Below, one piece after another: positions 30,763 through 45,084 of a DNA stretch of 64,000 nucleotides; position 1 is the stretch's first letter, and every line of letters starts with the position of its first letter. Below the pieces are notes generated by a model that saw only the letters and a list, made by a program, of their open reading frames with translations, was not told the origin of the DNA and ran no database searches. Source of the DNA: the human T2T-CHM13v2.0 reference genome, Homo sapiens. The stretch lies in NCBI RefSeq assembly GCF_009914755.1, contig NC_060928.1; one strand, given 5' to 3'. The position numbers were made by a program, and so were the translations under genes.

Positions 30763-31540
30763 GGCTGTTTTATTTTTTTAATAAAACACACTGGCCAGAT
30801 GTGTTCAGCGCTAAATATCTCATATGTCCCTTTTCTTGTAAATTTTTAAAAACAAATTAATGATATTTTTGATATTTAGAGTTTAAAACATAAGGGATGC
30901 TTTTTGTTTGTTTGTTTTATGGAAAACCATGATACTCTAATTTAGTAGAATCTTGAAAAGTGAGAAACTTCATCCTGAGTTTGGTAGATATCAAAATGTT
31001 TTTTCTTTTCATAAAATTTAAAAATAATTCCCTGGAACTATGTATTTGTCAGTTAAAATATTTTATAGTCTGTTTTACCTTGCATCATCGGTTTTTTAAA
31101 TCTAAAGTATTCAGAACACTTTTAGCCAAATGTTGTAAATAACGCACTGTTTGAAAAGATTTTTCCTTTTTTTTCCACATGTATTGTGTCTCCTGAGAGT
31201 GTTTCCTAGGAAAGCAGTCGACGGGAAATCCAATTTTCTTTCATTTAGTTTTAAACTCTGTGCTTCCCAAGCTGGCTCCAGGCACATCCATGCTGTAAAG
31301 CAGGGTCAAGGGAAGCTGCAGAGACCACACTGGAGCTGGTTAGAGGGAAAGGTTGTTTACCTTAGGATTTCTTGTCTTAATGAGAAGAAAACTGTATGTT
31401 TTCTTTCCAAAATAAACAATATTCTACCCTCGAACCAGTTGGAATATGCACAATTGGATACACACTGAAATAATAAGAGCTGTCAGTAAACATCAGTGTT
31501 CAAAAACATGAGATTTACTTGCGGAAGCTTCTCTATAAAA

Positions 31541-31992
31541 CAGTTTCTCCATGTTTGGTCTGGGGAACCTTAGGGTTTCTGTATCTCCTTTCAGGGAGTC
31601 CTAAAAGCTCAAAACTATGTCCACTAATAGTGCTAAGATGTGATTTGCCTTTTTCATTCATCAGTGTACAGTGAGTTTTCCAGAGGCTACAATATTATAT
31701 TGCAATGTAGAAACTGATGTCAAAAAATATAAAATAATGCCTTCTTCCCTCACTATGCTTTTATTTTAAAAATGTTATTTTTCATAATCATTTTTATGTC
31801 AACATGTATGGGATTATTCATATTACTTTTAAATTAATTAAATCTTTTTATATCCTCTCAGTTTTAATTTCTAATATGGTAAATACAATAGGTATAACTT
31901 AAATAAATTAAAGTTATTGGGTAGTCAATAATTTTAAGAATATGTAAATCAAAATAAAAGCCATCTGAGACTGAAATGTTTGCGATCTGCTG
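31541..31992. mobile_element. Charlie4a-like hAT element
   Basis: 'tggtctgggga...ctttcaggg...aaaactat...gtgtacagtgagttttccagaggctac...ctgagactgaaatgtttg'. Confidence 0.7.
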
Positions 31993-32009
31993 TATGTTAT
32001 GCCTAAGTA

Positions 32010-32230
32010 ATAAGAATAGCTAACATTTACTGTTAGCAGTAAGCCAGGCACTGACCTAAGTGCTTTTTAATAAATTAATTGATGTAATTCTCATATGAAA
32101 TCTATGTAAACATTTTATTATCATCATTTCTGTTTTACACATGAAGAAAATGAGCCATGAAATGATTCTAGTGAGGGTTCCCCTGTCACACAGCTAGTAA
32201 AACACTGGCCCCTGGGGTTTGCTCTTGAAC
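32010..32230 (-). mobile_element. MIR
   Basis: 'aatagctaacattta...ccaggcact...gtcacacagctagtaa'. Confidence 0.75.
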
Positions 32231-33754
32231 TCTGCCTCTCAGAGAGAAAACAGTGATGGTCAGCTCCCAGCAAAATGCAATTTGTGGTATTCCATGATCA
32301 AATCGTTTGAAATACGTTTTATAAATGATTACTTAAGACATCATATGTTTAACCTATGAAGTATTGTGTTTCTTCCTGTAAGAATATGCATTCTCTATCC
32401 TATTTCAGAAAATGTACTTAGTTCAGTTCAAACATATTTAACTGGTTGCTAGATGGGTCTTACATTGTGTTGTTGAAACTAAAGATTAATAAGCTAAATC
32501 CTTTCCTCAAGAAGTTCATATTTAGCAAGGGAATAGAAGAGAATACAGATAGTTTTCCATAATTGAGTTCGGTAAGTGTTATATTACAGGAAGCATGGGA
32601 ATACAGTGTTTCATGGAGGTTATATTTCTGGTCTTTGAAGTCAGAGAAGATTCTATAAAAATTCTCATTTCAAAATTTACTCATGTGTCTTTTGGCAAGT
32701 TTGTTTTTCGTTCTCAGTTTCCTCATCTGTAAAGCTTGGTTATTGTGAGTCTTAAATGAGATACTATAGATAAATCACAGAGCACAGTATCTGCACATCA
32801 TGACATGCTCAGTAAAGCCTGATCATTATTGATGTATAGACAATGCGCTCTTAGAGGGCAGAAGCCATTGCTGATTTATTAAAACGTTGGGGGTGATGCA
32901 TATACCAAATATACATTTATAATTTGTGATTAAATAAAATTGTTGGCTGGACAGAGCCCCTGGAGCTGTACTTTGTTAATAAGTTGACTGAAAATAAAGC
33001 ATTGAGATTTTAAAAAGTGAACATGTAGATCAGATTTTAAAAGGAATTTTATTCAAGAGAAAAAGCAAATGGACAAAAAAAAATCTTACCATTCATAAAA
33101 AGGTTTCTCCCTCAGAAAAAAAAAAGGGGGGGAAGTTTCCATTCCCAACAATCACTTCCATTTTCATTTTTTCCTCCTGAACTATAGCAATGAGCATCTA
33201 AAAGCGAAGTCTACTACAGACTTCTAAACTGCCCCATTAGCTATTAAATGGAAGAAAATGTGACTGGGAAACTACCTTTAACCAGAACAATCAACAGGTA
33301 CTAAAAGCCTACGGATTCATTAGGAAATGTCCATTAATACTGGTTTTTTTTTTTTCCTCCTTTGGCTTCGAATCGAATGTTAGTAATAAATCCGAATTCA
33401 TAACACATTTGTCATCACTATTCATGCAAAGCCATTCTCCTGAGTAAAAGGACCCTTTGTGTGTACCATTGACAACTATGCATGGACAGATTTCAACTAG
33501 GTTAGATTCTTGAACAGGGCAGTCAGGATAAAACTAGTGGCATAACACCAAGCAGGGTGGACAGAGTGAGAGGGACGGAGGCCAGGAAAGCAGCTCCAAG
33601 GCTTTTGTTCTGATCAGTTGTTTAGATTATGAGCTAGTATATAAAATCTCATTGTTAAAATGGAAAGGAAAGAAGCAAATCAAATGGAATCTGCAAAGGA
33701 AGGACTCACAATACTTGGTGCTCTGGACTTAGGTGATAAAAGAGCAGAGTCTTT

Positions 33755-34210
<456 letters not shown>

Positions 34211-36502
34211 ACCCCCCTTATTTTTTTAATTAAAAAAAAAAAAGGATCACAGACACAGGTAACTCAACATTTCTAGACATCACCAGTATAATGAGGAAGC
34301 ATCAGTTTCTGGGTGTGAAGGGTTGGTGGGAAGGGAATGAACTCTATTGATCAGAAGTTTGAGTTCAAAGCAATACCAACAAGTTAAATGCTGTGTATTA
34401 AGTTTTAAATAAAAAAGTTGAGTGGAAAGTAAGAATTAGAGACTTAAAGGGAGTCTCCTGTAGCAAAGAAAAAAAGATTGAAGTCAGTTGAATGAGTGAC
34501 TGCCCCGACGTGAATGAGTGGATTAGAAAGATGAGAGTGGACCGCTATCACATGACCACTTTCTGTACATCAGATTGTGTCAGCTTTTCACCCAATTGCA
34601 AGACACTCATGTGCTGCAAAGCGGTGTGCTAGAATCCAGTCTGAAACCGTTTGAACTGTCATATAATCGGGGAAAAGAGTGTACAGGTTTATTAAACATT
34701 TAGAAATAAATGATACCCAGGAAATTATCATGCATTTGGAATGAACCTAGACATTCATATCTTTACAATCTACCTGCATTCCATCAACTTCACTGGAATT
34801 ACATCATGTTTGGGCATTATAAAAGTGGCCACATCCTCTTACAAAAATAAGTAGCACATTCTCTTATTTGGATAGGGATAAGAATGGCAGCTTCTGACAG
34901 CGGGAGCTGTAAATAATGGGCTTCACTATTTATTTGTTGAAATTTTCTAAGAATAAAGAGTGACAAGTAGGCCTGTAACACACTTAGCTTCAACAGTGAA
35001 ACACCTAGAACTCACCTTATGTGGCCGATGTTTAATGATGCTATGTATTTATGATACATTTTAACCTTGGTTATTTTTAACTGTGAAGTACCTAGATCAT
35101 ATTATGTGTAAGAAATATTGACTGGGAATCAAATTTATGGAGAGAAATATCACCCTTTGGGTTGAAAAATTGACCACTACTAGAATATAATTTCTGAAAA
35201 TGCAGCCTGAAGGCAATTCACTAGAGGGTAATCTTTCAGTGCAAGTAGGCAAGTTTTCACAGGATTCTGACAGTCTCACTCTCTTTCTGTCTCTCTTTTT
35301 AAAATAACCTCTAAGCACATTTTTTGTTTAAAATATGCTTTAACTTCATTACTTCTCGAGACATCTTCTTTAATTCACATAGTCATATGACCTCTATCAT
35401 TGAGAGAAAACTGTTAGGCACAACTTTTAAATGAGGAATTTTCAAAACGATGTAAATGATCTGAAATCTACTTTCTATCAATAATGAGAGAAACTATGCA
35501 CTATTTAGTGCACAGCTTAATGGGCTTCCTAATCTCTCAGTTTCTAGTTTTTCTCTTTTCTGAAGGCTCCAAACACTGCTGTCAACTTTTCCTTTCTGAA
35601 GCATGACATTGGCCATGTCATCTAGCTCAAAAACCTGCAGTGGCTTCCTACGGTTTTTTGAATAAAGCAGAAAATTCTTAGACTGGCACTGAAGGACTCT
35701 CTAATCTGATCCCAAAATGTATTTCCTAATTATTTCCCTTGCACCACACACTAGTTCCCCCTCCATGCACATGCTCATTGTAATGATTTTAATATTGGAT
35801 TTTATAATATCGTAGCCAAAGGTGAAATTTGACATAGACGTCTCTCAGGAGCAGTTTTTAATATTAAGTAGCATGCAAAGTTTTCAATGTTTCAGACGTT
35901 CTTTTAGATCAACTTAAAGTTCACATGCTTTTATAGAGAAAGAGAGTAGCAGGGAGAGAGAGTGAGTGAAAGGGAGGAATCTGTACTTTTCTTTACTTGC
36001 AAAGTAATTACACTGTAAATCCAATCAAATGAAAGGCTTCCATGGGGTGTATCTTCCACACAGACTTCACTCCACAATTGTACTTTTCTTTTTTCCTTTG
36101 GGCTACTTTGGCATCGTAACTTACATTGGGATATTAAAAATTTATGTTTTCTAAATTAATGATATCTCTTTTTTGTATTGAATTAGTAAGTATATTATAT
36201 TAATATTAAAAGTCTGTATCTTATGAGGTGATGTAGATGATGTAACAATCAATATCTCAAAGAAAATTAAACCAAAACCAAACAAGAACTGTCTCAGCAT
36301 GATACCAACCAGGATTCCATGTTACATTCAAATGTGAGGTCGTATATTTTAGTCTCATGGAAATTAATCTGATAGCTTTTACATTTGTGTGCTTCTGTGT
36401 GTTCAGAATTAAACCTGTTGGAAACTTTTATGTGTTTTGATACTTTGATCAACTTGTTAATATTAAGATTTCTTTTGTTATCCAATAGTATTTTATTCGT
36501 CC

Positions 36503-36929
36503 CTTTTTTGTGTGTGAGACAGAGTCTCACTCTACTGCCCACCATGGCAGGATCATGACTCATTGCAGCCTCGACCTCCTGGCCTCAAGTGATCCTCCCA
36601 CCTCAGCTTCTCAAGGAGGTGGGACCACAGGTGCACACCACCACACCAGGCTATTTTTTTTTTTTTATTTTGTAGACATGGGGGCCTCACTGTGATGCCC
36701 AGGCTGGTCACAAACTTCTGGGATCAAGCGATCCTCCTACCTCAGCTTCCCAAGTAGGTGGGACCACAGATGTGTGCCACCATACGCAGCTATTTTTTTT
36801 TTTTCTTTGTAGAGGTGGAGTCTCTACAAAATAATACCCAGGCTGGTCTCAGTCTTCTGGACTCAAATGATCCACATGCCTTGGCCTCCAAAGTGCTAGG
36901 ATTACAGGTATGAGCCACCATGTCTGGTC
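36503..36929 (-). mobile_element. Trimeric AluJ
   Basis: Three monomers separated by two T-rich linkers. Confidence 0.88.
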
Positions 36930-37130
36930 TATTTATTCCATCTTAACCTTTCAAATTATGTGATGATATATTCCCAGAGTTGTCCTTAATACAGGTAGTA
37001 TTACATTTACTATTGGGTTAAAGAGGCCAGCTCATTAACTTCTTAGTCTTCAGTTTTCTCATCTGTAAAATGCTAGTAATAATATTATCCCACCCAGTGA
37101 TATTGTGAGGAATAAATGCTACATGGTTTC

Positions 37131-37258
37131 TACTATTATTATTTTACATTTATCTGGTAAGACATTTGCTCCAAAGGACCTTAATTTCATTCTATACTAT
37201 TATTATTTTACATTTATCTGGTAAGACATTTGCTCCGAAGGACCTTAATTTCATTCTA
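37131..37258. repeat. 64-bp x2 tandem duplication
   Basis: 37131-37194 and 37195-37258 differ at one base (ccaaagg/ccgaagg). Confidence 0.97.
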
Positions 37259-38399
37259 TCTATACTGCAATTTTTTTCTCGTAATTTTGGTTCTCAAAAA
37301 TAATCATTCAAAGTAGTTATTAAGCAATATGACTTCAAATTTCATAATTTCTGAATAATTCTCTAATTGAAAAAGAAAATACTCAAAATATGTCTGTGTC
37401 TATTTATATTTAAAAACTAAGAAAGTTGTATTGTGATTATTTTATAAGCCTTCCCATCACTTAGAGATCATTGTTTCAAATATGGTTTCTATGATGTTCT
37501 CTGGTTCTGAAACTCAACACTGATAGAGTGTACATGTATCTACATATGTATAAATACATCCAACACCTATGTGTATGTTTATTTAAGTATTAAAATTTAA
37601 CTGTAATATTCAACTTCTTGTACCTCTTTTAGAAAACCTCTTCCCTCCCACTGGCTTAGGTCTTCCTCCTACATAAACTCAGAATAATGAAGCTTGTCAT
37701 GGATTGAAGCAAATCTCTCTTGTGTTGTCTGCTAGGCGCCAAGGTTCCTAAGGTCAGGTTTGAGCCTTTGGTCTCTGGGCCCCACTACAGGAACCAAGCA
37801 CGTGCCTTTATCACTGCTCACTGCTCATGACTGAATAAATTGCCATAAATATTGGCGGCCCTGCATTATTTAATAAATATTTATATATGCGATGAATATA
37901 GACAATTATAGCATGTATACATGCAAGGCCAACATTTGTGTATGAAATGTGCATTTCATTCTGATTTATTCTGCATCTACAGACAGATCTCATTTGAATC
38001 TATAGACTGCTCTCCATCCCATACCCTAAGAGGAATCTGTCTCCTAAATCAATCTGTTGCTTCTCAGGCTAAAAACATACCTAGATCATTCTTCTAGTAA
38101 CCAGATATATTTCTCCCCTTCTCCTCTACACATAACCAAATTTATCTCCTTACTCTCCCAGGTGGCTAATCCATTTTATTTGCCTTCTCACTATTCATTA
38201 ATTGCTCAATGCATTGCTACCTGGCTTCTTCCAAATACTCCTTTGAAACTGTTTTGCATTCCTAATCTAGAAATCCAGTACACATTCTTTAGTCTGTATC
38301 TTTCTTAGTCTCTTTCTCAATTTAGTCCTTCTCTTGCCTTTGGTTTACTCCTTTATAAGGCTTCTTAATGCTATGTAGCTAAGAAGCTAGATAGAATTA

Positions 38400-38580
38400 T
38401 TTTTCTCTGACTGTTTAATAAATGTCCCACCACTTTCTTTTATATAACCTTGGGTAATTTACTTACCTATCTGAGCCTAAGTTTCTTATTTGTATAACAG
38501 GGATAATAACAGCATGTACTTCAATGAGATTATATGTGTACAGAATGTAGTGTGTGCTTGGAATATAGTAAGCATTCAAA
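38400..38580 (+). mobile_element. MIR
   Basis: 'accttgggtaatttacttacctatctgagcctaagtttcttatttgta'. Confidence 0.75.
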
Positions 38581-40112
38581 GAATCAAGGCATGTTGTCAG
38601 AAATGGTAAAGTGTGTGTGGGTGAATGTTGAAATGAACATGTTTCTGTCCTATCATTGCTCTGGATGCCATATTGGCAGGGAGGAAGAGATACCGTGAGG
38701 TAGGGACCAAGCCTTTATCAATAGAATGTGGTGAATAAGTAGCATTATATTACAGAATTCCACTTTTTATGAAATCGCTTTCCATAGTATGGTTTTTACA
38801 TGATAATAGGTTCTTTTTCTTCCTTCATGTCACCCTAAAAAAGGAGGAAATTGATGAGGAAACATTTTGAGCAATTCTTTGCAAAAAGAACCTTAATGTA
38901 TACAGTGAGGCAAAAGGTAGTTTATATTTAATATTGATTGCTGGACTTGGGTAGTTTGCAAAATATTTTGATTAGGCCTCGTCTTCCAAAATCGACTTCA
39001 ATTCTCAATTTATTCATGAATTCATTCCACAAATGTTTACTGAACACCTACTGCATGTTTGGCACTGTACTAAATGTTGAAATGCAATGGTAAACAAACA
39101 AGTCTCCTCTCAGAGAGCTTAACATCTGTAAATACTCTGCAGTTCATCTGTAGCTTGCCATACAAACTGACAAGAAACTGCTTGAAAACCGTCTATGCTA
39201 CAACTCTTATTTTCCTATACTATGTAGTTTTCAAAAATAGCACTGTTGCTTAACATATGCAGATACATCCAAGTAATACCATTAAGGTATGCATTAGAAG
39301 AAACATTGACAATTTTTTTTCTTATTTTCTTTTTTCTTATTTTTTCTTATCAAATCTTTTTCTCATTTATTAAAAAAGAAAAATATATATTCTTATTTTT
39401 CTCACATTTATTTTAAACAATATATTTAGAAATCATCATCTGACATAAAAATACCTTTAATTTTCTCATGCTGGTAAAGTTACTATAATATTTATCTACA
39501 TTATCTTTTGTCTAATAAAAGCCTCTTCTGGACTGGACATGGAAAACACTGACTTTAAGTATAAATTCTGCCAGTAAATGAGCTCACATCAGTTAAATTG
39601 CCAATCAGGCTTGGCAGAAGTCAGAATGTATGAGTTCAATATACAAAATGTATATGTACAACCAGTAAAAACAGTCTTGTATAATTTGTAATTATATTAT
39701 TCCTGAGTGCTGCGGTGCAAGAATGAGAAGTGGTTTATATGATTGTGTAGCTGGTCTTTCTAAGACGCATGTTCACAATCTATTTTCTCTGTTCCAATGA
39801 TGTGTAACTATAATCTATAAAGCATATGTATATTTAAAATAAGGTTCCAAATATTACGATAAAAATAAGAAACAGGCTGTTATTTCACTCAATATTGCAT
39901 TGTTTATAAGGTTGGTGGATTGGAGAAGGGACTTTTAAAGGCATTCATAATTTCTATGTATTTTTCTTAGTTCTAGCCCAATATGTGTTGAATACAACAG
40001 AAAGCATTTTCCAAGGCTGAAGCTTATGCTTTTCAAACATACATCTCTCAAATCTGCTTAAGATGTTACTATGCAACCCAGTTTTATTTTTTTCATTCAT
40101 TTGCATTTTTAG

Positions 40113-40360
40113 ATGTGTTTCTCTCCTGGCCAGGTTATTAGAGTTGGCGGCTGCATGGTACAGATAGTGAGGCCCGCCGTATGTAGGTGTCTTCATGGAA
40201 ATCACCTGGGGCCGAGAGTTCCGCTTTTCTCACCTTATCATATCTGGAACACAGATTTGCTCTGCTCGTCATATTTTGGCATCTGTGAATCACCGTCATG
40301 TTGTCATATTCGCAGTTACAAAGTAGCCGGTGGGAAAGGAGCCAACTACTTGAGGCACTT
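40113..40360. other. Unique CpG-rich element (candidate conserved non-coding element or exon)
   Basis: 9 CpGs in ~190 bp within AT-rich DNA; acceptor-like ends on both strands; no repeat recognised. Confidence 0.4.
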
Positions 40361-42024
40361 GCAATGGAAAAAAAAAAAAAGTCTGATTTCAGCATTATTC
40401 ATTGGAAATGCTATTTGTGAAAGCATTTACTTCAGTTTCTGAGATGCTGGCAATAACTTTAATAGGCAGTGCATAAGTCTGCATTTTTAGAAGAAATGTT
40501 CCTATGTGCTGAACAGTGAAGAACCAGTAGTTATTAAAAACCATGGGTAAAATGGTAAGCATAGGAATTCAGGAGTAATTAGCCATCATTTACTTATATT
40601 TTATCAATATTACCTTCTAATTAATTGCATGATGGGCCAGTCATGTCAATATAGATGATTTATGGTAATTCTCTCAACCAATATATCTCTTATAATTTTA
40701 CCTCTACTCTTCATGAACATATAAAGGTGGGCAAAACCAAACTAAATTTTAAAATTATATTGAGTAACAACAAAGGAAATCAGGGTATGTCCTGAGAAAT
40801 TAGAACGAATAAATTTGTAAAAATGTGATGCTTCCAAAACAGTTAAATGTAAGTAAAATTCATCATAAATATAAGCAAAATTATACTAAAATATTTTTAA
40901 AATATTATAATTATATTGTTCTGTTTTAGCTCTACCTAATTAGTAAAGGCATCTCAGAAAGTGTTAAGTTCCCATCTTTCTGCACATATCTCTTCATATG
41001 TTGTTTGGGTTAAAGGAGTGGCCCCTTCTTATAACCTTCATAGAGATATGGCAAACCCCTCCACCCTACCCACACACAAGAAAAATCAAAAACACTGAGC
41101 TTTATTTTTTACTTTACTGTACAATGTCTAACTACATTTAGGTTGTGCCAACTCAACTCAAACCTTGTATTGAATTTATGAATCTTTTCAAAAATGTTCC
41201 CTAGTAATTTTATACAAGGTTTGCTGTTGCCTCTGAAGGATTTGTGGTGACAAGATGGCAGTGCTAAGGCAAATACAAGGAAAGCCATTCATTTGCAAAG
41301 AAGTGTGAAGATAGTTCCTGAAGTCAGCATTCATCAAAAATGTTGTTTCATGAAATACTATCGCTGGAAAAAAACTAGTCGGAAAAAAGAAACCTCGAAG
41401 GGCTGTAGTTCAATAATCTTGGGAATTCTGCACATTCAGGTTTCTCTAAGTGATTCATAATGAACATTAGTATTTAAAAGTACTGGTGAAATCTTTTAAT
41501 AAAAACTTTTATAAAAATACAAAATATTTTCCAAATATATTTAACCACAGACTTTTTTTTATTCCAACAACTAATAGCACCTCAGGGATTATCTTTTGGT
41601 TGGGAAATCTACCTTAAATGAAGAAACTCATGATGGTTTAGAAAGACCCAACTGTCTTTCAAAGCAAAGGAATGATGAGCTAGATCCTTATCCTAAAACA
41701 AACAGGTGGTCACTTTTTTCCTAATCATGTTATGAAAAAAAATCATATTAATAATATATATTTTCATAATTCAAAGTCCCTACCTGTCCTACTAATAGGA
41801 ATGTCAGTCTTTTCTAGGGGTTGTACATTCAGACTTTCACAAGGGAGTCATCTAAATTTTGGGTTTTCAGAGAAGTGTTATCAGACAAGCATCAGTGATT
41901 TACGGGAATATGTAAATTGTTTTGCAGAAATACACCTATATTAAATAGGATGATATCTTGAAATATGACAAAGAATAATGCCCCTAATATAAAAAGAGTT
42001 CCTATAAATACATGTGAAATGAAC

Positions 42025-42401
42025 TGATATGGTTTGGCTGTGTCCCCACCCAAATCTCATCTTGAATTGTAGTTCCCATAATCCCCACAGATTATGGGAG
42101 ACACCAGGTGGAGATGATTGAATCATGGGGGCAGTTTCCCCCATGCTGTTCTTGTGATAGTGAGTTTGTTCTCAGGAGATGTGGTGGTTTTATAAGGAGC
42201 TTTCCCCTTCACTGGGCAATCATTCTTTTCCTTCCTGCCACCATGTGAAGAAGGACTTGTTTGCTTCCCCTTCTGGCATGATTGCAAATTTCCTGAGGCC
42301 TCCCCAGCCCTGTAGAACTGTGAGTCAATTAAACCTCTTTTCTTTCTAAATTACTCAGTCTCAGGCAGTTCTTTATAGTGGCATTTGAACACACTAATAC
42401 A
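42025..42401 (+). mobile_element. THE1-family solo LTR (MaLR)
   Basis: 'tgatatggtttggctgtgtccccacccaaatctc...ctaataca'; near-TSD tgaac/tggac; sits in an old L1M relic (~41940-42740). Confidence 0.93.
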
Positions 42402-44059
42402 TGGACCAATATTCTCACAAAAAAAAATAAGGAAAGAATACGAATAGATGTTTTATAGAATAGTAAGTACAAAGAGCCTATGTCTATTTTGTCTTCACTA
42501 GTGAACATAAATTACAATTTAGAGCAACAATGAGAAAACTTTTTTTAAACCCATCAGATTGCCAAAATTAAAGATCATTTAAATCTAGAGCTGGTGAATA
42601 TTTAGAGAAATTGTTATTATTAATTCATAAGTGGGCTTATGTATTATTGTAAGTTACTAAAAGTTTAATCTATCAGTGTCTACTAAAATTATTAATTGAA
42701 ATTATAAATCTATATATCCCCTGACCCAGCACAGTTAATTCTGCAGGAATTATATATATATATAAATTCATTAGCTCTTCTGTGGCTGAATTCTTCAGCT
42801 TCTGTCTTCTCTCACCTCCCTGCCCTCTCCAATTCCTCCTGTATGAATCTGCTGGCTTGTCTCTGCTTCATTGTCTCAAGTGTCACTGCTAAAATAGCCA
42901 TGATGTAACTGAAGATCTGATCAGTCACTCCTTATGGTGGTCTTGGAAGTCTAAAGTTGCTGCCATTGTTACTGGCTAAAGTGCAATTGCCACCAAAGCA
43001 CCTAGTCACAGTGCCTCTAAAGCTTTCTATTGCCAGGCCCTTGTGCTGTGATTTCATTTCCATCACAATGCTTTTGGGGTTGGGAGCTTGGCAGGGCTCT
43101 CTCTGCCCCTTTCCTGACTTGGTTTTTTAATAAGCCAGGAAAGCACTGCCATATGTGGCTGAATCTTGGGTGCTATAGCATTTTGGAAATACAGCTTCTC
43201 CAGTTCATGTCCATGGCAACCCCTCTCCAAATGTTTGCAGGATCAGCATGGCTGGCAAGAAAGTTTTCAGTGTCAGAAACAGGCTAGGTCCAGAGTGGCA
43301 CTCCTCTGTGATGCATTGCCCTCAGAGCAGAGACCAGTCTGCTGGTCTGGAGTCCTTCCACCTGCATGATAAGTTTCCTTGCATGAACACTTTGTCTTTT
43401 TTTGCAATCTGGCCTTGATCTTTGGCAGTGCAGATATTGGTAAAGCATTACAATTCAATGGTAAGGAGGAGGCAGGTGGGAGCTTCAGGTCCATGCCCCT
43501 TTGCTCCCTGGAGGTACTTCTACCTCTTGTGCAAATCCATGGGCGGAAGTTCTCATCCATCCTCACCTGCAGCCAGCCCCTTGTGTACTAAATTCAAATG
43601 AAGCTAATCATATTAAGGAAGAGCTTATAAGCAACTAACTCTTAGCCATTGTCAGACCCTTGTCCAAGCAAATGTCCTGCAAAAATGATTTATGGTTACA
43701 GCAATGTTCATGTGGAGACTGTCTCGCGGCTTCTTTAGAAGAGTTCTCTTTTGATACAGATCTTGAAGTGATTGTTTTTCTGTCCTGGTTTACCTAATCA
43801 AACTCATTCATGTGAGCCACACATGCTCACCCCCTCCTGCTGGCAACTTCTCCTCCAGGACTCCCACCCAGCCCACCGCACTCATCAGCTGGAATCCCTG
43901 CCTGATTGTCTCCTCTGCTGGAGCCTCTGTTCTCTTTCTAATTGTGAAGTCCCCTAGTGTGAACCCTCTACTCTTTTTTATCTTTCCATAGGTGAGATCA
44001 TCCACATTCTGGTGCCAAATTCCATCTGTATTTTTACATTTAAATTTGTTTCTGCAGCC

Positions 44060-44282
44060 CAGTGATTCTCAATCCTGAGCAATTTCGCTCACTGCCTTGC
44101 CCTCACTCAGCCATTTCTGGAGACATTTTTGGTTTTCACAACTGGGTGGGGGAGACACTGTCATTAAGTAGGCAGAGGCAAGAGGTGCTGTGACATATCC
44201 TACAATGCAGACATGCACAGGACAGCCCCCAGAACAAATAAATATCTGGGCGAAAAAGTCTATAGTAATGAGGTTGAGAAAC
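44060..44282 (+). mobile_element. MER20
   Basis: 'cagtgattctcaa...ggagacatttttggtt..cacaactggg...aggttgagaaac'. Confidence 0.85.
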
Positions 44283-44709
44283 ATATAGTCGCTCTGTTAT
44301 GAACGCATGTTATGCCACATTGCCACTGAAATGGCGATGTGTGCCTCACACTTGAAAGGGCTAAAAGAGAAATCTTTATTTCCCTCCCTGAGTACGTTTT
44401 TTTCTCTTGGAATCCCATCGTGGGAGCATAGTCTATCTTACCTCCCAGAAACCTAGGAGTTGGCTCAATTCCTGTCTTTTTCACATTCTCACATCTACTC
44501 AATCAGCAAATTCTGTGAGCTCTACTTCCAAAATTCATTCTAGCATCATCTATTTCTCTTCATGTCCGTTGAAGCCACCACACCTGACCCCCATCATGCA
44601 GTAGCCTCTGAATTCTTTTCCCAGCGGCTGCCTGAGGCCCCTGCTTTCCATTCCCATAGCACCTGAAGAACTCTTTTTAAAACACGAATTGGACATCTAT
44701 TTTCGTCCC

Positions 44710-45084
44710 TGTAGTAAGTAGTCTGCTCTCACACTGCTATAAAGAAATACCTGAAACCAGGTAATTTATAAAGTAAAAAGGTTTAGTTGTCTCATGGCTC
44801 TGCAGGCTGTATGGGAAGCATGGCTGGGGAGGCTTCAGGAAACTTACAGTCACGGGTGAAGACAGAAGACAGGCAGGAACTTGGTACACGGCCAAACAGG
44901 AGAAAGAGAGTGAAGGGAGAGGTGCTACACACTTTTAAACCAGCAGATCTCGTGAGAACTCACTCACTATCACGAGAAAGGCAAGGGGGAAGTCCGCCTC
45001 CATCATCCAATCACCTCCCACCAGGCCCCGCCTCCCAAACCCGGATTGCAAGAGTTGGGAGGGGCCAAAATCCAAGCCATATCA
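44710..45084 (-). mobile_element. MSTA-family solo LTR (MaLR) inserted in L2
   Basis: 'ctcacactgctataaagaaatacctga...ggctggggaggc...ccatatca'; near-TSD gtccc/ctccc. Confidence 0.9.

Noticed and set aside
37131-37258. Repeats as a CRISPR-like array
   Set aside because: Two abutting copies with no spacer, in primate DNA with no cas genes.
40138-40395. H/ACA snoRNA or SECIS reading of the 40-kb element
   Set aside because: An ANANNA and ATGA are present, but hairpin lengths and geometry do not fit either family.
42110-42315. DUX4 and PRDM9 motifs in the THE1 LTR
   Set aside because: This copy has TGATTGAATCA rather than TAATTGAATCA, and CCTCCCCAGCCCT rather than CCTCCCTAGCCAC.
43030-43960. 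GC-richer stretch with several overlapping short ORFs and a minus-strand CAG|gtgagg
   Set aside because: No recognisable protein and no clear paired acceptor; ORF lengths are within chance.
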